From: an uncultured Clostridia bacterium
GTDB taxonomy: Bacteria; Bacillota; Clostridia; Christensenellales; CAG-1252
Assembly: GCA_945482995.1 (NCBI GenBank)
Contig: CALYRM010000002.1
Location: 11,355-75,354, forward strand
DNA: 64,000 nt
Reading direction: 5' to 3'
Shown: in pieces, positions 30,298 to 39,773 of the stretch
How the letters are laid out: each line of letters begins with the position of its first letter
How positions within the stretch are numbered: the first letter of the stretch is position 1
Translations under genes and position numbers: made by a program
The notes under the pieces: generated by a model
Told to the model about the DNA's origin: nothing
Databases searched by the model: none
Seen by the model: the letters and a program-made list of their open reading frames with translations, nothing else

Positions 30298-30909
30298 ATG
30301 GAAAAACGTAGAGGTAAGTTTATAGTATTCGAGGGTCTTGATGGTTGCGGTAAAACCTTTCATTGCAAGGTATTATGCGAGTATCTTAATTCAATAGGAA
30401 TTAAATCCATACAAACTTGCGAACCTACAAAAGACGAAATGGGCAAGCTACTTCGTCGTTATCTGAGCGGCGAAATAGAAACCTCTCCGGAGGGTATCGC
30501 AGGCTTATTTATAGCGGATAGATTGGATCATATCACAAAAAAAGGCGGTCTTTTGGAGTTGCTCGATAACGGCGTAAACATAATCTGCGATAGATATTAT
30601 TTGAGTTCGATTGCCTACAATGCTCAAAATCATTCCACAGAATGGGTCTATAACCTAAACAAAACCGCAATAGATTTGCTAACTCCCGATTTAGTAGTAT
30701 TTTTGGATATTCCGTCATTCAAAGAAGATAGAATCTCCTCTCGTGGCGAAAAGGAAATTTACGAAACACAGGAATATCAACAAATGGTTAAACAGCGTTA
30801 CGAAGAAGCTTTATCGATGCACAAGGGGGCGTATGTGAAAATAAGCTCGAATCGTGATAAAAAGGACGTTGTAAAAGACGTCAGAAACGAAGTACTTAAA
30901 TTATTTTAA
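30298..30909 (+). CDS. tmk: dTMP kinase
   Basis: FIVFEGLDGCGKT P-loop and the DRY motif; starts 1 nt after the relA stop. Confidence 0.88.
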   Translation: MEKRRGKFIVFEGLDGCGKTFHCKVLCEYLNSIGIKSIQTCEPTKDEMGKLLRRYLSGEIETSPEGIAGLFIADRLDHITKKGGLLELLDNGVNIICDRYYLSSIAYNAQNHSTEWVYNLNKTAIDLLTPDLVVFLDIPSFKEDRISSRGEKEIYETQEYQQMVKQRYEEALSMHKGAYVKISSNRDKKDVVKDVRNEVLKLF

Positions 30910-30919
30910 AGCAAAATGT

Positions 30920-31015
30920 AACCGTCATTCTAAGCGGAGTGCAACGTAGTCGAAAATGACAAGTTGTGAAATAGCGTAATATAGGCAATATTTTTAGAAC
31001 AACGCTTAAGGATGA
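30920..31015. repeat. copies of the modular intergenic repeat
   Basis: gtcattctaagcggagtgcaacgtagtcgaaaatgac ... cgcttaaggatgac. Confidence 0.6.
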
Positions 31016-31032
31016 CAGGAGGTTAAAACTCT

Positions 31033-31281
31033 ATGAGAATAGATAAATTTTTAAAAGTAAGCCGTTTAATAAAGAGACGCAGCGTTGCAAAAGATGTTTG
31101 TGGCGACGAAAGAATTTTCATAAACGGTAAACCTGTAAAACCATCAAAAGAAGTTAAAGTCGGCGATATAGTGACAATTCAATTCGGCAATCGTTCGCTA
31201 TCAGTGAAAGTTCTTTCAACCGAAGCTATAGTAACAAAAGCCCAAGCAAGCGAGTGTTATGAAATTCTCGAAGAAAGTTAG
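31033..31281 (+). CDS. S4-domain RNA-binding protein (YabO/Hsp15-like)
   Basis: MRIDKFLKVSRLIKRRSVAK...INGKPVKPSKEVKVGD. Confidence 0.75.
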   Translation: MRIDKFLKVSRLIKRRSVAKDVCGDERIFINGKPVKPSKEVKVGDIVTIQFGNRSLSVKVLSTEAIVTKAQASECYEILEES

Positions 31282-32401
31282 CGCCGTTATTTTGGCGGCA
31301 GGGGACGGTATTAGATTTGGTGAAAATAAGATTTTTGTCAATATCGACTCCACACCTCTTATCGTCAAGACTCTTCGACCTTTTATCGCTTGTCAAATGA
31401 TTGACGAAATAGTTATTTGCGTCAAAAGCGAAGATAAGAAAAAGGTTGAAGAACTTTTTTCTTGTGAAAAGAAAGCTATCAAGGTAGTCGAAGGGGGCAA
31501 TTCTCGCCATCAAAGTAGCTTTATCGGAATAAACTCAACCGATAGCGACTATGTGCTTATCCATGACGGCGCAAGATGCAACGTAAGCGTATTGTTAATT
31601 GAAAGAATAATCGAAGCGTTAGATTCAAGTTCGGGAGTTATTCCAACTGTACCATTGACCGACAGCGTGATTGAAAATAAAGGCAACAGTATCAAATATT
31701 TGAATCGTGATGATATAAATAGGATACAAACGCCCCAAGGTTTTCCGCGCCAAAAGCTTATTGAAGTTTATAGCGAGCTAATGTCTAAGCAACAATGCGA
31801 TATAGAAAAATATACCGACAACGGTAGCGTATGGGCAACCGCCTACCAATTAAAGGTAGTAGACGGTGATAATGGAAATATCAAAGTTACTTATCCTGAA
31901 GATATTAAGAATTCTCAGAACATCAGAGTGGGTAACGGCTACGATTTACACCGATTAGTGGGGGGACGTAGCCTTGTTTTAGGCGGAATCGAGATACCGC
32001 ACGACAAGGGTTTGTTGGGGCATAGTGACGCCGATTGTGTGCTACACGCATTAATGGATGCGCTGTTGTCATCGGTCAGTTTACCCGATATAGGCAACCA
32101 ATTTCCCGATACAGATCCAAGCTTCAAGGATATTAATAGCACTATATTGCTTGAAAAAACAATGAAACTGCTTGAACAAAAACAAGCCAAGCCAATTTCG
32201 GTTTCATTGACGATTTTAGCGGAAAAACCAAAACTATCCCCATTTGTACCCCGGATGAAAGAAAAAATTTCCAAGCTTTTGGGAATTGGTAGCGAAAAAA
32301 TCGGTATAACCGCAACAACAACCGAAGGGATAGGCACTATTGGTAGAGAAGAAGGAATCGCTTGTTACGCAAGCGCATTGATTGAGTGCTTTGACGCTTA
32401 A
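31259..32401 (+). CDS. ispDF: bifunctional MEP cytidylyltransferase / MEcPP synthase
   Basis: N-terminal AVILAAGDGIRFG (IspD). C-terminal GNGYDLHRL...GHSDADCVLHA (IspF). Overlaps the S4 gene by 23 nt. Confidence 0.88.
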   Translation: MKFSKKVSAVILAAGDGIRFGENKIFVNIDSTPLIVKTLRPFIACQMIDEIVICVKSEDKKKVEELFSCEKKAIKVVEGGNSRHQSSFIGINSTDSDYVLIHDGARCNVSVLLIERIIEALDSSSGVIPTVPLTDSVIENKGNSIKYLNRDDINRIQTPQGFPRQKLIEVYSELMSKQQCDIEKYTDNGSVWATAYQLKVVDGDNGNIKVTYPEDIKNSQNIRVGNGYDLHRLVGGRSLVLGGIEIPHDKGLLGHSDADCVLHALMDALLSSVSLPDIGNQFPDTDPSFKDINSTILLEKTMKLLEQKQAKPISVSLTILAEKPKLSPFVPRMKEKISKLLGIGSEKIGITATTTEGIGTIGREEGIACYASALIECFDA

Positions 32402-32454
32402 TCAAATGTGCAATATGCAATGTGCAATTGTGAATAAATTGTTGGTATGGTGTC

Positions 32455-32610
32455 CGTTCGCCATATCGACCATCAAAATCGTCATTCCGACCAACGTGGA
32501 GGGTGAATTGACAGCAGGGCTGTCATCCTGAAAGCGTTGTTCGAGGGACCTCATTAGCACCGACTTATTTCAAAGCTTTGTACAGTCACTAATTTGATAA
32601 TTGCACATTT
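32455..32610. repeat. composite copy of the modular repeat, including the GACAGC palindrome module and the terminal module
   Basis: gtcattccgaccaacgtggagggtgaattgacagcagggctgtcatcctgaaagcg...cctcattagcaccgactt... is the reverse complement of the arrangement at 46240-46320. Confidence 0.7.
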
Positions 32611-32684
32611 AACAAAATTGTTTTTTGTTATGGTTGGAATTACAATTATAGATAAACAGATATGACGAATATAAAACAGAAATT

Positions 32685-33518
32685 ATGGCAAATTATATTA
32701 AATCAGGCGAAATAAAATATATAAGTATTAGCGATGTTCTGCCTAATCATAGCCAGCCACGCTCGATTTTTAACGATAAGCCACTTGCCGAGCTTGCCGA
32801 TAGTATTCGTACGCACGGAGTGTTGGAGCCGGTCTTGGTTGTAAAAGAAGGTTTATTTTATAAGATAATAGCAGGAGAACGCCGATATAGAGCTGCACGT
32901 ATGGCAGGACTTTTAAAAATACCTGCAATTATCATTTCAGCATCTCCCGAACAGCTTTCTGAAATAGCGATTATCGAAAACTCTCACAGACAACAACTTA
33001 ATCCTATGGAAGAAGCCAAAGCAATTAAAGCTCTAATGGAAAGAAGCTCATTGACTCAAGAACAAGTGGCGTTAGGATTAGGACGATCCCGTCCTGCGGT
33101 TGCAAATTTATTAAGACTATTAAGCTTACCCGAGCCAATACAAAATATGGTCAGAGAAGGAAAACTAAGTCAAGGACACGCAAGAGTATTATTGTCGATT
33201 AAGGACGAAAAGTCGATGATTGTTTTTGCCGAAAAATGTATTGAAAACAAGTGGAGCGTATATGCATTAACGCAAGAAATAGAAAAATCGGCGACAGCTA
33301 ATTCAAAGCCCAAGAAGAGTAATGAAAAACACAAGACAGTAGAAAAACCGAAAAGGGTTTCTCCCGAACTTGAAAACATGGTTTTGGATATGGAGAGAAT
33401 TTTCCAAATGCCTATAAAACTCTCAGGCAACGACAAAAAAGGCAAATTGGTTTTGGAGTATTCATCCGAAGAAGAATTAGAAGTAATTTACGATATTATT
33501 CAAAAATTAAAAAAATAA
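32685..33518 (+). CDS. parB: ParB/Spo0J family chromosome-partitioning protein
   Basis: GVLEPVLV, IIAGERRYRAARMAG, and an HTH (LTQEQVALGLGRSRPAVANLLRLL). Confidence 0.88.
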   Translation: MANYIKSGEIKYISISDVLPNHSQPRSIFNDKPLAELADSIRTHGVLEPVLVVKEGLFYKIIAGERRYRAARMAGLLKIPAIIISASPEQLSEIAIIENSHRQQLNPMEEAKAIKALMERSSLTQEQVALGLGRSRPAVANLLRLLSLPEPIQNMVREGKLSQGHARVLLSIKDEKSMIVFAEKCIENKWSVYALTQEIEKSATANSKPKKSNEKHKTVEKPKRVSPELENMVLDMERIFQMPIKLSGNDKKGKLVLEYSSEEELEVIYDIIQKLKK

Positions 33519-33597
33519 TATCTTTAAATTGTTTCCCCTACTGTCATCCCTAGTGCAGTTGGGAAATGACGAAAAATAGGATAGTTACACAATAGAT

Positions 33598-33620
33598 AAA
33601 GCCGTGCTTTCGGCTTTTTT
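33598..33620 (+). terminator. intrinsic terminator
   Basis: aaagccg-tgcttt-cggcttt followed by ttt. Confidence 0.6.
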
Positions 33621-33776
33621 AATTATCCAAAGATTTTTTAGTTATAGCATTACTTTTTTTTGATGAATAGTTTTATCTCTATTGCATTTTACCTATATTA
33701 GTAGTAAAATAATAATAGAAGGTATGGTGAGAAATGTTTCTATTTTACCTTGTGCCGAGATTGAGGGAGAATATTT

Positions 33777-34535
33777 ATGCGAAACATAATGAAAGGGTTA
33801 GTTTTAGCAATAATAATTTGCGGATTATTAACGACCTTTTGTGCTTGTGATGAGAATAATATCTCGATTACTAGGGATACGTACTCCCCCGCTTTGGTGC
33901 TATCGGGTGATGTTGAAGAATTGTCAAAAGTTCGCCTTATCGACGACAACTCTAACGATTTGAGGTTGGATGCCGTAGAATTGAGCGACTTAGTTTCAAA
34001 AGCAAAAATCGTGGGCGAGCTTGACGGAATAATGATACTGACCCACGGAAACAAAGCGATATATATAAATTCCGCTTCGATTAGTGAATACTATTTTGTG
34101 GTTAATTCGTCCGGTGTAATTAGGATGTTTAGCAGATTAGAAACACTATCAACTATAGCAGATTTACCTTTAAATAGCGTCAGTGAGCTTGTTTTTTGCG
34201 CAAAAGACTCAACCGATAGGTGCATAAAATGGGATTATAAGGAGAAAAATGATAAAATAAGCCATAAACTACTTTTTAGAGCGTACGGTTTGTTTATAAG
34301 GGCTTCGGACGCAGTCGAAAATGATAAATATTCGATTACGACTTTCAATAAGTCAACAGTAAAATTATCGGTATTTTTAAACGACGAAAAAAGCGGTAAG
34401 GTAGAACTCGATGACGGTAGAATAATAAATTTCGATAGTAATTCGGAATATACCGCTTATTGGAATAATGGAGGATTATACTTAACGGAAAAAGAGTATA
34501 GACTCAACTACATAGTCAAGATAATTATAGATTAA
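33777..34535 (+). CDS. hypothetical lipoprotein
   Basis: Signal peptide with the lipobox TTFCAC; no other motif. Confidence 0.5.
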   Translation: MRNIMKGLVLAIIICGLLTTFCACDENNISITRDTYSPALVLSGDVEELSKVRLIDDNSNDLRLDAVELSDLVSKAKIVGELDGIMILTHGNKAIYINSASISEYYFVVNSSGVIRMFSRLETLSTIADLPLNSVSELVFCAKDSTDRCIKWDYKEKNDKISHKLLFRAYGLFIRASDAVENDKYSITTFNKSTVKLSVFLNDEKSGKVELDDGRIINFDSNSEYTAYWNNGGLYLTEKEYRLNYIVKIIID

Positions 34536-34676
34536 GCGATGCGAAAAAGGTGTGGAAAACATTTATTTAAGGTGCAATCCATACTGCATCTTGAAGCTAG
34601 TCTAAGGATCTAACATTTGCACTTTGCATATTAAACTAAAGCCTTAGTTTTATTTACAGTTTGGAGGGTGTGTTTT

Positions 34677-35321
34677 ATGGAAGGATATCGTGAAATTGAA
34701 AGATTTAATGAAAAAAGCGTAAAAATCTCTATTGTCGAGAACGTTACGAACAAGATTAGAAACATTATCAAGCTTTACCCAAACCACGCAATTTTGGAAA
34801 TAGAAGTGCGGTGGCTTCAAAAATTTGCTAAAAGTACTACGGTAAGAGTACCAAAAGTTATAAGGTCGGAAGATAGAGAACTTTTATTGGAGTACATCAG
34901 TGGTCGTACCCTTTTACAGGAATTGATTGACGGCGCAATGTTTAAGGTTAATATGATGGCTGGTGCGCTTGCAAGATATTTAAAAGCGTTTTATGTCGAG
35001 AGCAAGGGATATGTTTTTGATGAAATGAACTTGCATGGCTACGTAATGCGTGGCGGTTTGCTTTCGGGCATGGATTTTGTCACGGCAAGACCGGGAAGCG
35101 AGGACGAACTTGCCGCCGAAACAATAGCAAGCGTGCTTGTAGATACAAGAATTTCGGACGTTAGAAAACAGCTGTTTATCCGTGAATTTTTGAGAATATT
35201 CGGCGGTACGGTGCTTCAATACAAGACGCATACACAAGAACTTATGGCAGATAAAATCAAGAGATACGACATAAAAGGCACTACTCTTGAAGAATTATAT
35301 AAAATTATAGGAAAGGTATAA
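34677..35321 (+). CDS. small protein-kinase-fold-like protein, probably catalytically degenerate
   Basis: ELLLEYISG hinge-like motif. LHGYVMRGGLLSGMDF sits where HGDxxxxN...DF is expected. ATG at 34677 lies 8 nt after GGAGGG. Confidence 0.4.
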   Translation: MEGYREIERFNEKSVKISIVENVTNKIRNIIKLYPNHAILEIEVRWLQKFAKSTTVRVPKVIRSEDRELLLEYISGRTLLQELIDGAMFKVNMMAGALARYLKAFYVESKGYVFDEMNLHGYVMRGGLLSGMDFVTARPGSEDELAAETIASVLVDTRISDVRKQLFIREFLRIFGGTVLQYKTHTQELMADKIKRYDIKGTTLEELYKIIGKV

Positions 35322-35361
35322 AAGCTATTAGAAAATAGCATATTGTATTCAAGGAAACAAA

Positions 35362-37008
35362 ATGGAATCAAGATATTTAACACCGGTTCAATTATGGCAA
35401 AATTTTAATCCAAGAAGAGATCCGTTAAGGGTATCCGTTCTCGAAAATACCGAGAAAGACGGCTTTATATGGCGCTCCTTGTTTTTTACTGCGCTAACCG
35501 ACGGCGATAATGAATTGAGAGCCTATGCAAGAATAGTATCGCCCGTAAACCAAAAGAATAAGCAAAAATTTATTCTTTATATTCCCGATATAAAAATAAA
35601 CTACGACTTGGACGAAGTGATTATGGATTTTGCTTCAAGAGATTACACCGTCGCTTACGTTGACTTGTCGGGTGAGGGTAATAAGCACACCATTTACCCG
35701 GGAATATTTGAATACGGAAAATTTGCGCTTGCGAAAGACAATTTACATAATTGTACACCATCCGCCGAAGCTTCGCCTATGTTTTTGTGGGCGAGAATTT
35801 TAAGACGCTTTTTGTCGGTAGTAGAGGAATACTATCCAAAAATGAAACCCGTTTGCGTAGCCGAAAGAGGCGGAAACGAAATACTTTGGCAGCTTGTTGC
35901 TTTCGATAGCAGAATTTACGGCGGAATGACTATCTTGGGTAGCGGTTTAGGAAGTTTTTTGGGATTTAACAAGCCCACCATTGCCGAAAATGACGACAAC
36001 GCTCATAAATGGGAAATGGCGCTTTCACCGCAAGCATATGTAAAATTTACAATTTGCCCCATTCTCATTGTAACCTGTGCTAATCACGAAAGTGGCGAAT
36101 TTGATAAATTGGATAACCTTGTAAGATTGCTTCCCGAACAATCGCTATGCTCGACAATCGTTTCAAACAGACTTTCAAAGCAAATAACCGAAACTTCGTT
36201 CGCTTCTATGTGGCGGTGGCTCGAAGGTAGATATTCGGCAAAAAAAGAGCTTCCAAAGTCTCCGGATTTGGCATTTACCGTTGAAAGTGGAAAACTTGTA
36301 ATTGACGTTGTCCCCGATGAAACCGATAAAAAGGTTTCAAAAGTTAGCTTGTACTATTCGTATGACGAGCCAAACCCCGAATATCGAAATTGGCACTGCA
36401 TAATGGGTAAAAACGAAACCGACTATAAATTTACCCTTGCCGTTTCCGAAAGAGATCACGAGTTATACACATACGCAAACGTACAATATCGTGACGGAGT
36501 TGAAATAGCGTCTACACCTATAAAAATCGACTTAGACAGTCTGAATATCACAAGACGAAGAATAACGCCTATAAAGCTTCTTTACGATACCGATATGGAA
36601 TTGTCTTTCTTTGCGCAAACAGACGACGTCGTGTTAAGAGACGGCACTTGTACGATAAAGAAAGACAAAGACGGTTTGCCCGGTGTAACCGTCGACAAGG
36701 GAATATTAGTAAGCTTTAGCGTCAACGAAAAAAGAAAACTCTCTGCCGAGGGAATTTTGCAGATATCTGCATATTCGATTACCCAAAAGACAATCACTAT
36801 ACGTTTAACTATTCTTGAAAACGACAATTATAAAGAATATACTGCCGAAGCTTACCTAAGCGGCGGTTTTAATTGGCAAAAACTAAAATTTCAGTCCGAT
36901 GATTTTAGAGATAATAAGCACATAGGACTTGATAACTGGGATAACTTGAAAAAAATAGAAATAATTAATGCCGAGGGCGTACTTTTCAATAATATGCTTT
37001 GGGTATAA
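35362..37008 (+). CDS. hypothetical protein with an acetyl-xylan-esterase/alpha-beta-hydrolase-like N-terminal half (nucleophile motif not evident) and a beta-rich C-terminal half
   Basis: N-terminal similarity in pattern only. AERGGN sits where GxSxG would be expected. Confidence 0.35.
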   Translation: MESRYLTPVQLWQNFNPRRDPLRVSVLENTEKDGFIWRSLFFTALTDGDNELRAYARIVSPVNQKNKQKFILYIPDIKINYDLDEVIMDFASRDYTVAYVDLSGEGNKHTIYPGIFEYGKFALAKDNLHNCTPSAEASPMFLWARILRRFLSVVEEYYPKMKPVCVAERGGNEILWQLVAFDSRIYGGMTILGSGLGSFLGFNKPTIAENDDNAHKWEMALSPQAYVKFTICPILIVTCANHESGEFDKLDNLVRLLPEQSLCSTIVSNRLSKQITETSFASMWRWLEGRYSAKKELPKSPDLAFTVESGKLVIDVVPDETDKKVSKVSLYYSYDEPNPEYRNWHCIMGKNETDYKFTLAVSERDHELYTYANVQYRDGVEIASTPIKIDLDSLNITRRRITPIKLLYDTDMELSFFAQTDDVVLRDGTCTIKKDKDGLPGVTVDKGILVSFSVNEKRKLSAEGILQISAYSITQKTITIRLTILENDNYKEYTAEAYLSGGFNWQKLKFQSDDFRDNKHIGLDNWDNLKKIEIINAEGVLFNNMLWV

Positions 37009-37017
37009 AGGTGAAAT

Positions 37018-37683
37018 ATGGCAAAAAAAGAAGATTCTCCTATGACTCCCAAAAAACTGTTTATTATAATAGTTGAAATAATTTTGGTGTTTATGTTAGC
37101 ACTTGTTATAGTAGGCTTATTGCAACAGTTCGTAATAGCGCCCATCCGAGTTTCGGGTAGCAGTATGGCTCCTACAATAAGGGACAGTGGCGATAAAGTT
37201 TATGTATATAGGAAAGCAAAAGAATATAATATCGGAGATGTGATAGTATTTTATAAACCGATACAAGGCGAAAATGACGAAAGCCTTAACCCGTCGAGTA
37301 AAAAAACTTCTTTTACCGACTTTTTAAGAGCATTACCGATAGTTGGATCGAGAATTCACGCAAATGAAGCGGATAACGAAGAAACCGGCGGATATAAAGC
37401 TATAATCAAAAGAATAGTCGCTTGTCCCGGCGACACCGTGAGCTTCGTAAACGGTGAGCTTTATGTGAATGGGGACAAAGAAACACGCTTTGCTTATAAA
37501 TTTAATACAGTAGGCGTTGGTGATAACTATCAACACACCATGCAAAAAGACGAATATTTTGTTATGGGCGATAATAGAGGCGATAGTATAGATAGCGAAG
37601 ACTATGGACCGATACATCTAAATATGATTTACGGCAAAGCTGTGCTATTAATCACCGAAGGCGAACCAAAAGTAGACTTCTAA
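37018..37683 (+). CDS. lepB: signal peptidase I
   Basis: VSGSSMAPTI (catalytic Ser box), KRIVACPGD, GDNRGDSIDS. Confidence 0.88.
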   Translation: MAKKEDSPMTPKKLFIIIVEIILVFMLALVIVGLLQQFVIAPIRVSGSSMAPTIRDSGDKVYVYRKAKEYNIGDVIVFYKPIQGENDESLNPSSKKTSFTDFLRALPIVGSRIHANEADNEETGGYKAIIKRIVACPGDTVSFVNGELYVNGDKETRFAYKFNTVGVGDNYQHTMQKDEYFVMGDNRGDSIDSEDYGPIHLNMIYGKAVLLITEGEPKVDF

Positions 37684-37709
37684 AAAAGCCGACGATTGTC
37701 GGCTTTTTA
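37683..37709 (+). terminator. intrinsic terminator
   Basis: aaaaagccgac-gatt-gtcggcttttt. Confidence 0.7.
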
Positions 37710-37746
37710 AGATTAAGCATTAGTCGAAAGAGTTAAATATTGTTAC

Positions 37747-38215
37747 GTCATGTCGACCAACACAAATGTCATTCCGAGCGTAGTCGAGGAATCTAATCAA
37801 ATCGTCATTTCGACCGAAGTGGAGAAATCTCATCCTTGTCTGTCATTCCGAGCCATCCGCACCGTCATTCCGAGCCATCCGCACCGTCATGTCGACCGTA
37901 GTGGAGACATCTCATCCGCTTTGTCATTCCGAGCGTAGTCGAGGAATCTCATCCGCTTTCATCATTCATTACCATCCCACGTCATTCCGAGCGTAGTCGA
38001 GGAATCTCATCCGCTTTGTCATTTCGACCGAAGTGGAGAAATCTAATTAAATCGTCATTCCGAACGTAGTCGAGGAATCTCATCCTTGTTTGTCATTCCG
38101 ACCAACACAAATGTCATTTCGACCGAAGTGGAGAAATCTCATCCGCATCGTCATTCTTAAGCGTAAATCCCTTCACGTTGGTCGGGTTGACTTAGCCCAC
38201 CATACAAATCACGAA
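37747..38215 (+). repeat. mosaic tandem array of GTCATKYCGA modules (long ~37 bp and short ~22 bp)
   Basis: About 14 consecutive modules, for example gtcattccgagcgtagtcgaggaatctcatccgcttt, gtcatttcgaccgaagtggagaaatctcatcc and gtcattccgagccatccgcacc. Confidence 0.9.
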
Positions 38216-38327
38216 GTCCAAAATTGTGCTTTGCATAAGGCTTTGCCTTTTGCTACAACCTTTCAAATTGATGAATCCATTAGAATACAAAAGAGAAGAC
38301 GAATTGTTTGTTAAGAAACAAAAATTT

Positions 38328-39767
38328 ATGGTAACAAGACCGTTGCCAATTATTTTGCTTTTCTTTATTTTTGGCTTGATTGCTTGCTTTTTCTTGTATC
38401 AATACATCATTTGGATATATGTTGGTTTGGCATTGTTGGCGGTAGCAATGTTTTTATTGGGCGCATTCGACAAGAAGTTGCTATTTGCTTGTATTTTTAT
38501 TTTGGTTTTGTCACTTGAAGGGCTTTTATACCTATACTCTTTCAATAAAAAAGACTATTTAAAGGACGGATATTATTCGGGAGAAGCCTATGTCGAATCC
38601 GTACACAGTTCGGGAAAGGTTGTGCTTGAAAACGTTGTTTTAGAGGGTGAAAAACTTAATGGCAAGGTTATTGCAAATTATGCCGACGTAAAAGTGGGAG
38701 ATTACATCAAATTTGCGGGAACGTTATCTACATTTGATTACCACGAGTCATACGGATTGCACCGTATTGCCGGTGGCATATACTATGAAATGGACTTAAG
38801 TTTTTACCGTTTTGAATATACCACGTCCCCATCATTTAGAAATAGAATTATTTTCTTTGTTAAGGATGGTTTGACAAGAGCTGCAGGTGAAACCACCGCA
38901 GATTATTTGGCAAGTATATTGTTTGGTGAATCTGAGTATCTATCCTATGAAATGAAGTCAAGTTTTACTGCAATAGGTGCGGCTCACGTATTCGCAGTAT
39001 CGGGATTGCACATTGGCGTATTAAGCTCGGTTTTGTCATTTCTGTTGAGAAAGCTAAAGCTTTCTAATAATGCGATACCATTTGTAATGCTCCCCATTTT
39101 CGGCTTTTACGCATATCTTTGCGATTTTTCACCATCGGTACTTCGAGCCTCGATTATGTTTTTGACTGCAAGCTTTTTAACAAACGGCAAATTTTGTTCG
39201 GACAAGCCCTCAGTGCTGTGTTTTTCCGCCCTTATATCCTTGATTGCAAAGCCAATATGGATAGGTGATTTAAGTTTTGCTCTTAGCTATGGCGCAATAT
39301 TAGGGATTTATTTATTATATCCAATTATGAAAAAACCGTTTTCCGAACTAGGCAAATTAGGAAAGATAGGAGATGTATTGGCACTCAACCTTTCGGTTAC
39401 AATTTCGTTAATTCCCTTGAGCTGTCTATTCTTTTCAAGTTTTTCACCATTGGCAATGATAGCTAGTTTTTTGATAATACCAATAACGTCTGTCTTATAT
39501 GTTTTAACTCTAATATGCCTGCCACTTATTGCATTATCTTTTCTAATCAAACCGGTTGCGTTAGCTGCCAAATACTTAGTATTATTATCAAGCTTTATAT
39601 CCAAAACGATATCAAACGTCAACGTCCCCATAACTTTAAGAATAACGCCATATTCCCTGCTTTTTTGGTATGCAGGGCTATTTATATTGTCGGAATACAA
39701 TTCACTCTCCCCTCGCAAAAAAGGCTTGTTGGCAATTGGTTTTATCGGACTAACGTTTTTAATTTAA
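38328..39767 (+). CDS. comEC: ComEC/Rec2 family DNA internalisation channel protein (no beta-lactamase-like C-terminal domain evident)
   Basis: Polytopic; competence motif GAAHVFAVSGLHIGVL. The start is uncertain (38226, 38271 or 38328); upstream codons run out of the repeat array. Confidence 0.8.
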   Translation: MVTRPLPIILLFFIFGLIACFFLYQYIIWIYVGLALLAVAMFLLGAFDKKLLFACIFILVLSLEGLLYLYSFNKKDYLKDGYYSGEAYVESVHSSGKVVLENVVLEGEKLNGKVIANYADVKVGDYIKFAGTLSTFDYHESYGLHRIAGGIYYEMDLSFYRFEYTTSPSFRNRIIFFVKDGLTRAAGETTADYLASILFGESEYLSYEMKSSFTAIGAAHVFAVSGLHIGVLSSVLSFLLRKLKLSNNAIPFVMLPIFGFYAYLCDFSPSVLRASIMFLTASFLTNGKFCSDKPSVLCFSALISLIAKPIWIGDLSFALSYGAILGIYLLYPIMKKPFSELGKLGKIGDVLALNLSVTISLIPLSCLFFSSFSPLAMIASFLIIPITSVLYVLTLICLPLIALSFLIKPVALAAKYLVLLSSFISKTISNVNVPITLRITPYSLLFWYAGLFILSEYNSLSPRKKGLLAIGFIGLTFLI

Positions 39768-39773
39768 CTATAA

